Origin: Wolbachia endosymbiont of Litomosoides sigmodontis
Lineage (GTDB): Bacteria; Pseudomonadota; Alphaproteobacteria; Rickettsiales; Anaplasmataceae
Assembly: GCF_013365435.1 (NCBI RefSeq)
Contig: NZ_CP046577.1
Location: 780,001 to 812,000 of the forward strand
Length of the DNA stretch: 32,000 bases
Direction: 5' to 3'
In this document: in pieces, positions 10,382 to 19,070 of the stretch
Numbering within the stretch: the first letter of the stretch is position 1
Layout: each line of letters opens with the position of its first letter
Translations under genes and position numbers: made by a program
Notes under the pieces: generated by a model
Told to the model about the DNA's origin: nothing
Databases searched by the model: none
Seen by the model: only the letters and a program-made list of their open reading frames with translations

Positions 10382-11824
10382 GTGTTGCTACTTAGCATAT
10401 TTCTGCTTCCGTTAATAGGAGCGTTAATTTTAACTTTAATCAAGATTGATTATAAGTCAATATATCTAAGATTTATCTCTCTATTTTTTTCCGTACTTCC
10501 ACTTTTGCTTAGCGTTATAGTTTGTATAAAGTTTGATTATAATAATACAGACTTTCAGTTTGTCAGCTATCCAATTAAAAATGCTGGAGTAGGAGTGGAT
10601 GGTATATCGTTGCTTTTCCTTCTACTTACAACTTTCCTATTTGTTATTTGTATGCTCTACAATTGCAAAATGAGTTATACAACCCTCAAGCCGTATATGA
10701 CATTATTTTTACTGCTTGAGGGTTTCGTGGTTGGTTTCTTCATTTCGCTGAATGCTATAAGCTTTTATATATTTTTTGAAGCTGTTTTAGTGCCAATGTT
10801 TTTCATCATCGGCGTCTGGGGAGGAAAACAGAGAGTATATGCAGCATTTAAGTTATTCCTTTATACGCTAGTTGGTTCATTGTTATTTTTGCTTGGGTTA
10901 GTATACATTCATAATGTCTTTGGAACTTTTGATATACGGAAATTAGCTACACTAGTACCAAGTCTTGATCCTGAAGTGCAATCATTGCTATGGATTACAT
11001 TTTTTGCCTCTTTTGCAATAAAAGTACCGATGATTCCATTTCATACTTGGCTCCCTGATGCGCATGTGCAATCTCCAACTTCTGGATCTGTAATTTTAGC
11101 TGGGTTGCTTATTAAAATGGGGGGATACGGATTCTTAAGATTCTCAATTCCAATGCTTCCACAGGCAAGTTTCTACCTTGCAAATTTCGTTATTGTGTTA
11201 AGTACAATTGCAGTAATATATGCTTCATTAGTTGCATTTGCTCAGGACGATATAAAAAAGTTAATAGCTTATTCTTCAATAGCACATATGGGGATCGTTA
11301 CTGCCGGCCTATTTTCATTTAGTGAAGAGGGAGTGATTGGTGCCATATTCCAAATGATTAGTCACGGCCTTATTTCTTCTGCTTTATTTCTATGTGTTGG
11401 AATGCTATATGCTCGAACTGGAACCTTGGAGATTGCAAAGTATTTTGGCATAGTAAATACAATGCCAAAACTTGGTTTTATGTTCATTCTGTTTTCAATG
11501 TCTTCGATAGGACTACCTGGAACATCTGGCTTTATAGGTGAATTTTTGGCTATGATTGGAATATTTAAAAGCATAGGATTTTTTACAGGATTCATCGCAT
11601 TTAGCACTATTTTGAGCGCAGTTTATATGCTGAATTTATGCAAGCAAATAATATGGGGAGTTAGCTATTCTAAATTATTAAATAATCGCTTGGATATGAT
11701 AGAATTTTCTATCTTAGCTCTGCTTGCAGTACTTGTTATTTTGCTTGGATTCTACCCAGCTCTTGCACTGAATTACTTAAAACCATACATGGTAAATTTG
11801 TTAATCAAGTATAATGCCCTATGA
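10382..11824 (+). CDS. nuoM: NADH-quinone oxidoreductase subunit M
   Basis: 480-aa ORF with a GTG start. 'PFHTWLPDAHVQSPTSGSVILAGLLIKMGGYGFLRF' is typical of NuoM/ND4. Confidence 0.92.
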   Translation: MLLLSIFLLPLIGALILTLIKIDYKSIYLRFISLFFSVLPLLLSVIVCIKFDYNNTDFQFVSYPIKNAGVGVDGISLLFLLLTTFLFVICMLYNCKMSYTTLKPYMTLFLLLEGFVVGFFISLNAISFYIFFEAVLVPMFFIIGVWGGKQRVYAAFKLFLYTLVGSLLFLLGLVYIHNVFGTFDIRKLATLVPSLDPEVQSLLWITFFASFAIKVPMIPFHTWLPDAHVQSPTSGSVILAGLLIKMGGYGFLRFSIPMLPQASFYLANFVIVLSTIAVIYASLVAFAQDDIKKLIAYSSIAHMGIVTAGLFSFSEEGVIGAIFQMISHGLISSALFLCVGMLYARTGTLEIAKYFGIVNTMPKLGFMFILFSMSSIGLPGTSGFIGEFLAMIGIFKSIGFFTGFIAFSTILSAVYMLNLCKQIIWGVSYSKLLNNRLDMIEFSILALLAVLVILLGFYPALALNYLKPYMVNLLIKYNAL

Positions 11825-13218
11825 ATTACATACAGATATTACCAGAAACCTTTTCTATTATTTCTTCGTTAGTATTGCTACTGCTTGGAATTGTATTTAA
11901 CCGTCGCACTATCAATTTATTGGCGCTTGGCTGCACAACAGTTACTTTAATTATTTTAATACTATCAGCAAAAAATAATGGAATTTTTCCTTTTAATTCA
12001 TTGTTGAAACTCGATCTATATATTAGATCAGCTCAGGGATTGATCCTTATAGCTGGAATTTTAGTGCTTTTACTGCTAAATTTATCAAAGTATGACTATG
12101 AATATGAGTTTTCAATACTCATTCCCTTGGCGCTGTTTGGCATGATAACTTTCGTTTCATCAAATAATTTAATCTCTTTTTATTTAGCTTTTGAGTTGAT
12201 GAGTATACCTCTATATGTTCTTGCGAGTTTTAATAAGGATTCAGTTTATTCATGCGAAGCAGGTGTGAAATATTTTGCACTAAGTGCATTATCTTCCTGC
12301 ATCATGCTATATGGAGTATCGCTACTTTATGGGTATACAGGACTAATCAATTTTTCTGAGTTAAGTTCATTCCTAGAAGATCACCAGATAACTTATGGAA
12401 TAGTTTTTGGATTATTCTTTATCCTTATTGGTTTATGTTTCAAGCTTGCTATTGTTCCTTTTCATATATGGGCTCCAGATGTCTATCAAGGTGCGCCAAC
12501 TATAGTAACTGCATTTTTTTCTACAGTTCCCAAAATTGCACTTGTGACGTTTTTAGTTCGATTTTTTATGGGTGAAGAGTTAGTAGGTATAGCAAAGTAT
12601 TTTCAACCTGTTCTTTTATACGTTTCAGCACTATCTGTACTTATCTCAGCTCTTGGAGCTTTGCGCCAAAGGAACTTAAAAAGACTTCTAGCTTACAGTT
12701 CAATCGGTCATGTTGGCTTCATACTTGCTTCACTTTCTATCTTTACACGGATGGGGACAAATAGCTCCCTGATATACTTAATTATATACATAATTGCCAG
12801 TATAGGACTGTTCTCATGTTTTATACAAATTGATGATGACAATTGCAGTGTTGCAAATTTATCTGGTATAGGCAAAAAAAGCCCTGTTTTAGCATTTCAC
12901 CTTTCTGTACTATTACTTTCGATGGCGGGAATACCACCACTTGCAGGTTTTTTCGCTAAACTTTTTATACTTAAAAGCTTGGTAAATTCTGGCTTTATTG
13001 GTATGTCTTTGATTCTCACAGTAGCAAGTGTTATATCATGTTATTACTATTTAAGCATTATAAAAGCCATGTATTTCAACAAGCCTAGTGACAGTAAAGT
13101 TATTTATTCCAAGAGTCTATTTATTGTCACTTCAGTAGCTTCATTAATTAATATTGTTCTTTTTATGTACGTAGAGGATTTACACTTACTGATCCACTTA
13201 ATAACTAAAAGTTTATAA
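11821..13218 (+). CDS. nuoN: NADH-quinone oxidoreductase subunit N
   Basis: 465-aa ORF. 'VPFHIWAPDVYQGAPT' and 'LAYSSIGHVGFIL' are typical of NuoN/ND2. ATGA start/stop overlap with nuoM. Confidence 0.92.
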   Translation: MNYIQILPETFSIISSLVLLLLGIVFNRRTINLLALGCTTVTLIILILSAKNNGIFPFNSLLKLDLYIRSAQGLILIAGILVLLLLNLSKYDYEYEFSILIPLALFGMITFVSSNNLISFYLAFELMSIPLYVLASFNKDSVYSCEAGVKYFALSALSSCIMLYGVSLLYGYTGLINFSELSSFLEDHQITYGIVFGLFFILIGLCFKLAIVPFHIWAPDVYQGAPTIVTAFFSTVPKIALVTFLVRFFMGEELVGIAKYFQPVLLYVSALSVLISALGALRQRNLKRLLAYSSIGHVGFILASLSIFTRMGTNSSLIYLIIYIIASIGLFSCFIQIDDDNCSVANLSGIGKKSPVLAFHLSVLLLSMAGIPPLAGFFAKLFILKSLVNSGFIGMSLILTVASVISCYYYLSIIKAMYFNKPSDSKVIYSKSLFIVTSVASLINIVLFMYVEDLHLLIHLITKSL

Positions 13219-13219
13219 A

Positions 13220-14131
13220 ATGAGCCATAAAATATTTGAGAGCTTTCATATTTATCATTACAAAGAAGTTTCAAGTACTAATGAAAAAGCGTTGGATTTG
13301 ATTGATAGAGGAATATTAAATGAAACCGTTATTATTGCCGATAAACAAACAAAAGGTAGGGGACGCACTGGAAAGAATTGGATTTCTCTCCAAGGTAATT
13401 TTCATGTAAGTTTTATCATAGACCTCTTAAAAATTCCAGCACTAGGTCCTAACATCATATACCATAATGGTGAATTAAGTGTAGCAGCACACTTTGGTGT
13501 CATTCCAGCACATGAAATCAAAATCCAGCGTTGGAATGACAGAGAAAATTTAAGCAAACTAACAGGATTAACTTTTGTTACTGCTCTTGCTGTTGGAAAC
13601 ACGTTACTATCGTTTATAAATGATAGTAACGTTCAATATAAATGGCCAAACGATATCTTTGTTAATGGAAAAAAAATAAGTGGAATATTGCTTGAAAAAA
13701 AATCCAATTCAAATTGGCTGGTAATAGGAATTGGAATTAACATTAATCACGCACCACTTTTAGGAGCAACTTGCATTAGCAAGCTTCTCTCATTATCTGC
13801 TATTTCAGCAACCGACACTGAAATACAGATGCAAATTCCGATGTCACGTGCTAGAATGACGCTACGAAACACATATCTATTAGAGGAATTAATAATAAAC
13901 TTTAATAAGTTAAAAAAACAATGGATGCTCGATGGGTTTTGCACTATAAGAGAAATGTGGTTGAAAAGAGCATTCAAAATGAATGAGCAAATTAGTGTAA
14001 AGTTTGCTAATAAATTGTATGAGGGAATTTTTATTGATATAGATAAAGGTGGTAGATTGGTATTGCAGCAAAAAGATGGAAGATTAATCTATTTTAATGC
14101 AGGTGAGTTATTTATTGATAATACATTATGA
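13220..14131 (+). CDS. birA: Biotin--[acetyl-CoA-carboxylase] ligase (class I BirA, no HTH domain) carrying two in-frame repeat insertions
   Basis: Motifs 'KGRGRTGKNW' (GRGRxGR biotin/ATP loop), 'KWPNDIFVNGKKISGILLE', 'GIGININ', and the C-terminal SH3-like 'GRLVLQQKDGRL'. Starts 1 nt after the nuoN stop. Confidence 0.88.
   Translation: MSHKIFESFHIYHYKEVSSTNEKALDLIDRGILNETVIIADKQTKGRGRTGKNWISLQGNFHVSFIIDLLKIPALGPNIIYHNGELSVAAHFGVIPAHEIKIQRWNDRENLSKLTGLTFVTALAVGNTLLSFINDSNVQYKWPNDIFVNGKKISGILLEKKSNSNWLVIGIGININHAPLLGATCISKLLSLSAISATDTEIQMQIPMSRARMTLRNTYLLEELIINFNKLKKQWMLDGFCTIREMWLKRAFKMNEQISVKFANKLYEGIFIDIDKGGRLVLQQKDGRLIYFNAGELFIDNTL
13427..13555 (+). repeat. Palindromic repeat-element insertion inside birA, in frame (aa ~70-112)
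   Basis: Contains the inverted repeat GTCATTCCAGC...GTTGGAATGAC (13499-13540) plus a further TTCCAGCACTAGG module. It lies between the conserved 'NFHVSFIIDL' and 'LTFVTALAVG' blocks, where E. coli BirA (from memory) has only about 10 residues. Confidence 0.6.
13790..13867 (+). repeat. Second, shorter repeat-derived in-frame insertion in birA (aa ~191-216)
   Basis: GACACTGAAAT...GTCACGTGCTAGAATGAC (ending 13860) resembles the same GCTGGAATGAC module family. It lengthens the segment between 'GININ' and 'RNTYLLEEL' compared with E. coli BirA. Confidence 0.4.
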
Positions 14132-14265
14132 ATACATATGTAATTTTTGCTTACCTTATCAGTTTTATATTAATTGCTGGAGAACTGATTTTTACTACTT
14201 CTTGCTATATTAAAAGTAAAAAAAATTTAGAAAATCTTAAAAAGAATAATGAAAAAGAAATATAA
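14128..14265 (+). CDS. Small single-TM ORF (45 aa), possible CcmD-like heme exporter subunit
   Basis: My own translation: [45 protein letters not shown]. The ATG overlaps the birA TGA (ATGA), and the 3' end overlaps the ccmE start by 17 nt. One hydrophobic helix is followed by a basic tail. Below the ORF-track size cut-off. Confidence 0.4.
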   Translation: MNTYVIFAYLISFILIAGELIFTTSCYIKSKKNLENLKKNNEKEI

Positions 14266-14635
14266 GAGATTACTTATAGCTTCAGGATTTTTCTTCTTTT
14301 TAAATTGTACAATCTTTTTTATTTTAACAACGCTCAGAGAAAATATCTCATTTTTTTATACAGTAAGCGAAGCAATAACTTTACCAAACAATCAAAAACC
14401 AATCCGTATAGGTGGAATGGTTGTTGAAGGTAGTGTAATACACAGTAAGAATGAAGTAATTTTCCAAATGACAGACTTTAACAAAAGCGTTATGATAAAA
14501 TATCAGGGAATACTCCCTCCAATGTTCTCAGAAAAAAGTGGTGTTGTTGTTCAAGGTAAAATGTTTGATAACAATACCTTTTTGGCAGAAACGGTATTTG
14601 CAAAACATGACGAAAATTATATGCCTCGAAAATAA
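14249..14635 (+). CDS. ccmE: Cytochrome c-type biogenesis heme chaperone CcmE
   Basis: 128-aa ORF with an N-terminal membrane anchor, an OB-fold region '[12 protein letters not shown]', and the heme-binding 'AKHDENYMP' motif. Confidence 0.9.
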   Translation: MKKKYKRLLIASGFFFFLNCTIFFILTTLRENISFFYTVSEAITLPNNQKPIRIGGMVVEGSVIHSKNEVIFQMTDFNKSVMIKYQGILPPMFSEKSGVVVQGKMFDNNTFLAETVFAKHDENYMPRK

Positions 14636-14687
14636 GAGATAAGGTAGGGAATTTTATTATTTGTACCTATATAAAAAATAAATCGCT

Positions 14688-15357
14688 TTACATATTTATT
14701 CTTAGTATGGCCATTTTCTTAAATGATTCCATAAAAATAATGTTTCTTTCATAGAACACTGCTATTTCATCAGCAATTTTGAATGTGTCATAAATATCGT
14801 ATGTAGCTATGATAACTGTATGACTAAGATCTTTAGACAGACTTACCATTATCTCGTTTACTATATCTAACATGATAGAATTTAATCCTGAAGTTGGTTA
14901 ATGTCTAATATAATAATTTCTAAATTATACGCAACTGCTCTTGTAAATGCCACCCTTTTCTTCATTTTACCCGATAACTCTATCTAAAACATACCTGATA
15001 TGTTTTTCTCTAACCTGGACATCATTTAATTTTTCAATTGCTAATTGCTTTTACCTCTTTTTTGATAAGATTGAAACGTTTCCTACAATTAAAAGAAATA
15101 TTTTTCCATACCTAACATAGTCAAATAAAGTGGAATTTTGAAATAAAATCTTAAATCTGTTTTTATTTTTGCTATTTATCTTAATATGTCCTAAATTTAA
15201 TGCCAGTAAGATGATAATTGTCTTTGTTCATACAGATTTGCCGCTTCCTAAGTCGCTAAACATAACTAGTAATTCTTTCTTCTGTATGCTAAGACTTCTT
15301 TATACCATTCAGTATTTCCTTATCATTAAAAAATAGGTGCAAATCTGATATTGACAT
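14688..15357 (-). pseudogene. ABC transporter ATP-binding protein pseudogene (MlaF/Ttg2A-like)
   Basis: Minus-strand reading shows these remnants in order:
- start MSISDLHLFFNDKEILNGIKKS*
- decayed Walker A '..FSDLGSGKSV*'
- Q-loop-like 'LFQNSTLFDYV'
- broken signature region
- 'ILDINQPTSGLNSIMLDIVNEIMVSLSKDLSHTVIIATYDIYDTFKIADEIAVF' (Walker B / D-loop / H-loop region; His replaced by Tyr)
Several stops and frameshifts are present. Only a 61-aa ORF survives. Confidence 0.7.
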
Positions 15358-16125
15358 TACAGCATTATACATGAATTAAAGTAATCATATAGTTTATTAG
15401 AATGATCAGCATATAGTAAAACAACAGTTAATGTTGCCAGCAATGCCAAGTACTCGACTCTCCTTGAAACGGAAATTATATAACATTCAAAAGCAGTTGC
15501 TTTTATTACTCCGGCGATAAAAGCATACATATTAAAGAATTGAGTAGTGTATTTAATATACATTTAAGTTATGGTTATTTTAAAACTGCAGTGATATATC
15601 CCCCGAATACTCCTATTAGATCTGTACACATATTGTAAATATATAAAATACTGTAACTGATGCTAAAATCCTTAGTACAATTAGGTATTTGAAATAATTA
15701 ATATTCAAAACTGTGTAGGTGCATCTATTTGTTCGGTGGTATACATCGTGCTAATTTCTATAGCAATTGATAACTCAACCTTTCCTACCATTATTAAACT
15801 AACTAAAATTGGTTCTAAATCTTCAATAATAGTGGCCGTGACAAGATTAGGTATTATCTTGTTCTAACTAATCAATGAAGTACTCAAACTGTCTTGCAAA
15901 ACCATCACTCTTTATAAAAATTCCTGTAAGTCTAATAATTGGCAAAGAGAAAAAGCCTATTTCTATTACTTGCCTTGCTACATTAGGCAAATAATATAGT
16001 AGTACGAAGCAACAATATATGCTTGAATAAAAAACATGAATGTGCTGCCAAGCCCTTAATAAGAGCTTAATGAAGCACTTACAAATTATTCTAATACCAT
16101 TTACGTAAACGCACTCACTTTGCAT
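15357..16125 (-). pseudogene. ABC transporter permease pseudogene (MlaE/Ttg2B-like)
   Basis: Fragments 'VARQVIEIGFFSLPIIRLTGIFIKSDGFARQFEYF' (16125-15868) and 'FIAGVIKATAFECYIISVS' (15563-15357) match MlaE-family blocks. The middle 300 bp has no open frame. The TAATG junction with the downstream ATPase remnant is preserved. Confidence 0.6.
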
Positions 16126-16359
16126 TTGTCCAGTTAAAAATTAATTTTACTGATTTTGTTAAAAACTCTATTAATTTTACCGCATAGTATAGCCAAGATA
16201 TATCCTAAGTTTAATATACTTAATCTAAAATGCTTTAGTTTAAAATTAATGGAGTTTAATTGTATAAGCAAATCTTACTTATTTTACTACCACTGTTTAC
16301 TTCTTGTAAAAAATATGCTACTAATAAATTGTAATTTTTCAAGTAAAATGGAGGAAGTT

Positions 16360-16542
16360 TTGGCAGTTCCAAAAAGAAAAAAGTCAAAATCAAAGCGTAA
16401 TATGCATCGTTCTCATCATGTTATTGAGCCTAAGAATATTGTAGTATGCACAATAACTGGAGAATTTATGTTGCCTCACAGTATAGCAGTTGATGGCAGC
16501 TATAAAGGAAGACGGGTTTTCATTAAACAACAGACAAAATAA
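16360..16542 (+). CDS. rpmF: 50S ribosomal protein L32
   Basis: '(M)AVPKRKKSKSKRNMHRSHH' is the L32 signature. GGAGGA lies 4-5 nt upstream of the TTG at 16360. An in-frame ATG at 16348 is the alternative start. The 128-aa ORF-track extension is not credible. Confidence 0.85.
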   Translation: MAVPKRKKSKSKRNMHRSHHVIEPKNIVVCTITGEFMLPHSIAVDGSYKGRRVFIKQQTK

Positions 16543-16552
16543 TTATCGTGAT

Positions 16553-17590
16553 ATGCTATCCATGGTTAACAATAATATAACCATTGCACTTGACGCTATG
16601 GGAGGTGATTTTGCACCTCTCTCAGTGATTCAAGGCGCTGGTTTCTTTTTGGATAACCTTCTTGATCAAGACATAAAAGTTTTTTTTCATATTTATGGAG
16701 ACCAGAAAGAAATATCTCCTTTGCTTTTAAAATATAGAAAAGTAAGTGATAATTCTGAATTTACTCACTGCTCTGATAACGTTCTCGCAAATGATAAGCC
16801 TTCTTTTGCACTGAAACACCGCAAAGATTCAAGTATGAAAGCCGCCATTGAAGCAGTGAAAAAAGGTAAAGCTTCTGGAGTAGTATCTTCAGGTAATACT
16901 GGAGCATTGATGGCAATTTCTAGATTTATTTTAGGGACATTACCAAACGTTTATCGTCCTGCTATAGTATCCACTTGTCCAACCAAGACAAAAAGCTTTG
17001 TATTGCTTGATCTTGGTGCTAATGTTGATTGCAATGCTGACTCATTATTTCAATTTGCGTTGATGGGAAGTGTATTTGCAAAAATAGCATTAAAAGTTGA
17101 CAATCCTGAAGTTGCTTTGCTAAATATTGGCACAGAAGAAGTTAAAGGCAATGATTCAGTACGTGGCGCTTTCGAGCTGCTAAAAAGTACTCCAGGCATT
17201 AATTTTAAAGGATATATAGAGGCAAGTGAATTTTTAGAAGGTAATGTAGATGTAATTGTTACTGATGGTTTTGTTGGCAATGTGATGCTTAAAACAGCTG
17301 AGGCAACTGCTAGCACTTTTATCAATCTAATAAAACAGGAAGTGTTTAATTCGTGGGCAACAAAGATGATTGTTGGTATGTTATTAAAATTTAAGTTGAA
17401 TAAAGCATTAACGCGGTTTAATCCTAAAATCAGAAGCGGAGCTATGTTTTTAGGGCTAAGTGGTATTGTTATTAAGAGCCACGGGAACTCTGATGCCGTT
17501 TCTTTTGCCCATGCTATAAAATTTGCAGTAAATTCCATTAGTGAAAATTTAAACCAAAAGATAATTAGTGAGGTAAATCAAATTGAATAA
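16553..17590 (+). CDS. plsX: Phosphate acyltransferase PlsX
   Basis: Motifs 'IALDAMGGDFAP', 'VSSGNTGALMA', 'DGFVGNVMLKTAE', 'IKSHGNS'. The start is taken at the first ATG after the rpmF stop (16553; 16562 is also possible). The longer ORF from 16490 overlaps rpmF. Confidence 0.88.
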   Translation: MLSMVNNNITIALDAMGGDFAPLSVIQGAGFFLDNLLDQDIKVFFHIYGDQKEISPLLLKYRKVSDNSEFTHCSDNVLANDKPSFALKHRKDSSMKAAIEAVKKGKASGVVSSGNTGALMAISRFILGTLPNVYRPAIVSTCPTKTKSFVLLDLGANVDCNADSLFQFALMGSVFAKIALKVDNPEVALLNIGTEEVKGNDSVRGAFELLKSTPGINFKGYIEASEFLEGNVDVIVTDGFVGNVMLKTAEATASTFINLIKQEVFNSWATKMIVGMLLKFKLNKALTRFNPKIRSGAMFLGLSGIVIKSHGNSDAVSFAHAIKFAVNSISENLNQKIISEVNQIE

Positions 17591-18563
17591 AAGTTTTATA
17601 TTAAGCACTGGATCTTACCTGCCAAAAAAAAAGTTGGGCAACGACAAGATTGCATTAATGGTTGAAACAAGTGATGAATGGATTAGACAGAGAACAGGAA
17701 TAACTCAAAGGTGCATAGCAGATGAAGCAGAATTAACGTCTGATCTAGTTGTTAATGCAGCAAAAAATGCTATAGAAAAAGTTCAAATTTCAGTGGATGA
17801 AATTGGGTTAATCATAGTTGCAACAACAACGCCCGATAAAACTTTACCTAGCTGTGCAACAATTGCACAAAATAAGTTAGGATGTAAAAACGCATTTTCC
17901 TTTGATGTGCAAGCAGCATGCTCTGGTTTTATATATGCAGTTACAATTGCTGATTCACTCACAAAATCTAATAATAGAATTAAGTATGCATTGGTGATAG
18001 GTGCTGAAATAATGTCTAGGATTGTTGATTGGAAAGATAGGTCAACTTGTGTACTGTTTGGTGACGGTGCTGGTGCAGTGATAATGAAATCTACAGCACA
18101 TTGTAATAAAATAACAGAAAATTCTACAAGAGGTATAATATCAACCAACTTATACTCCGATGGTAATGTAGATGTATTATGTACAGACGGAGGTATATCT
18201 TCAACTGGTAATTCTGGAAAAATATGTATGAATGGTAGAGAAGTGTTTAAGCATGCAGTAGATAAGTTGACAGTTTCAATAAAAGAAACACTAAGATGCA
18301 ATAACTTGAAGATTACTGATATTGACTGGTTAATTCCTCATCAAGCAAACATTCGTATTATTGAAGCTGTAGTAAAGAAACTAGATTTTCCTATGGAGAA
18401 AGTAATTAATACAGTTGATCAACATGCAAATACCTCAGCAGCATCAATTCCATTAGCACTTGACTATGCAATACAAAAATCCAAAATAAAACTTGGAAGC
18501 TTAGGACTATTGGTTGCAATAGGTGCAGGCTTAACTTGGGGTTCCATACTGCTACGCTATTAA
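17583..18563 (+). CDS. fabH: 3-oxoacyl-ACP synthase III (FabH)
   Basis: 326-aa ORF with a TTG start overlapping the plsX stop. Active-site 'AACSGF' Cys, 'PHQANIRI' His, 'HANTSAASIP' Asn. Conserved rpmF-plsX-fabH order. Confidence 0.9.
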   Translation: MNKSFILSTGSYLPKKKLGNDKIALMVETSDEWIRQRTGITQRCIADEAELTSDLVVNAAKNAIEKVQISVDEIGLIIVATTTPDKTLPSCATIAQNKLGCKNAFSFDVQAACSGFIYAVTIADSLTKSNNRIKYALVIGAEIMSRIVDWKDRSTCVLFGDGAGAVIMKSTAHCNKITENSTRGIISTNLYSDGNVDVLCTDGGISSTGNSGKICMNGREVFKHAVDKLTVSIKETLRCNNLKITDIDWLIPHQANIRIIEAVVKKLDFPMEKVINTVDQHANTSAASIPLALDYAIQKSKIKLGSLGLLVAIGAGLTWGSILLRY

Positions 18564-18578
18564 TAACTTCAGCTACTA

Positions 18579-18947
18579 TTACTTGTTACTTTCGATCTTT
18601 TCTATCAATTTTTTGACTAAGCTCCTCAATTTTTTACTTGACTCATCAAGCTCCTGAATCTGCAAGTTATCCTTTTTCATAAGTTCCTTATAATTACTTC
18701 TTATGTAGTCAATCATTTCCTTCATCTGAGCAATCATCTTATCAATATTTATACTACCCAAACTAGATATCATATTAGGCATAGAACTATCTAACATACC
18801 ACCAGCCATAAGTTGCTGAGACATCTGCATAAATGGCTTTAAGGTCTGATTAAGCAATTCAGGATCTTTAGCTAATTTCTCTATTTGCTCTTTACAAGTA
18901 TCTATATACTGCTTCATAAATTCATCTTCTTGTACTTTACCCATCAT
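18579..18947 (-). CDS. Hypothetical small coiled-coil protein with a Met/Gln-rich centre
   Basis: 122-aa ORF with no recognisable catalytic motif. Charged heptad-like N- and C-terminal thirds flank 'PFMQMSQQLMAGGMLDSSMPNMISS'. Its stop lies only 15 nt from the convergent fabH stop. Confidence 0.5.
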   Translation of the reverse strand: MMGKVQEDEFMKQYIDTCKEQIEKLAKDPELLNQTLKPFMQMSQQLMAGGMLDSSMPNMISSLGSINIDKMIAQMKEMIDYIRSNYKELMKKDNLQIQELDESSKKLRSLVKKLIEKIESNK

Positions 18948-19070
18948 GATTACACCTACGTAAAAACATATATCTTCTATTATATATTGTTTTTAAATTA
19001 AAAACAATACAAAATACCCACTACAAATTGTATCAATATTTTATTAAACAATAAAAAGCTACTCTCTTGC

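Noticed and set aside
11362-13977. Minus-strand ORFs 11362-11607, 13402-13602 and 13747-13977
   Set aside because: Antisense to nuoM and birA, short and without motifs. The birA ones are opened by the repeat insertions' palindromic nature.
16156-16359. N-terminal extension of the rpmF ORF; also the extensions of uvrD (5442-5510), plsX (16490-16552) and purD (28779-28805)
   Set aside because: The extensions lack family similarity. Internal starts match family N-termini and/or have better SD sequences. The plsX extension would overlap rpmF.
17050-18301. Long antisense ORFs 17050-17538 (162 aa) and 17783-18301 (172 aa)
   Set aside because: They lie entirely opposite the well-supported plsX and fabH. 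Their composition is low-complexity and Ser/Thr/Ile-rich, typical of shadow frames, with no motifs.
18987-19007. Perfect palindrome TTGTTTTTAAATTAAAAACAA between pepP and the 122-aa ORF, as a terminator
   Set aside because: The stem is almost entirely A:T (one G:C pair), so the predicted stability is very low. Such palindromes arise easily in AT-rich spacers.
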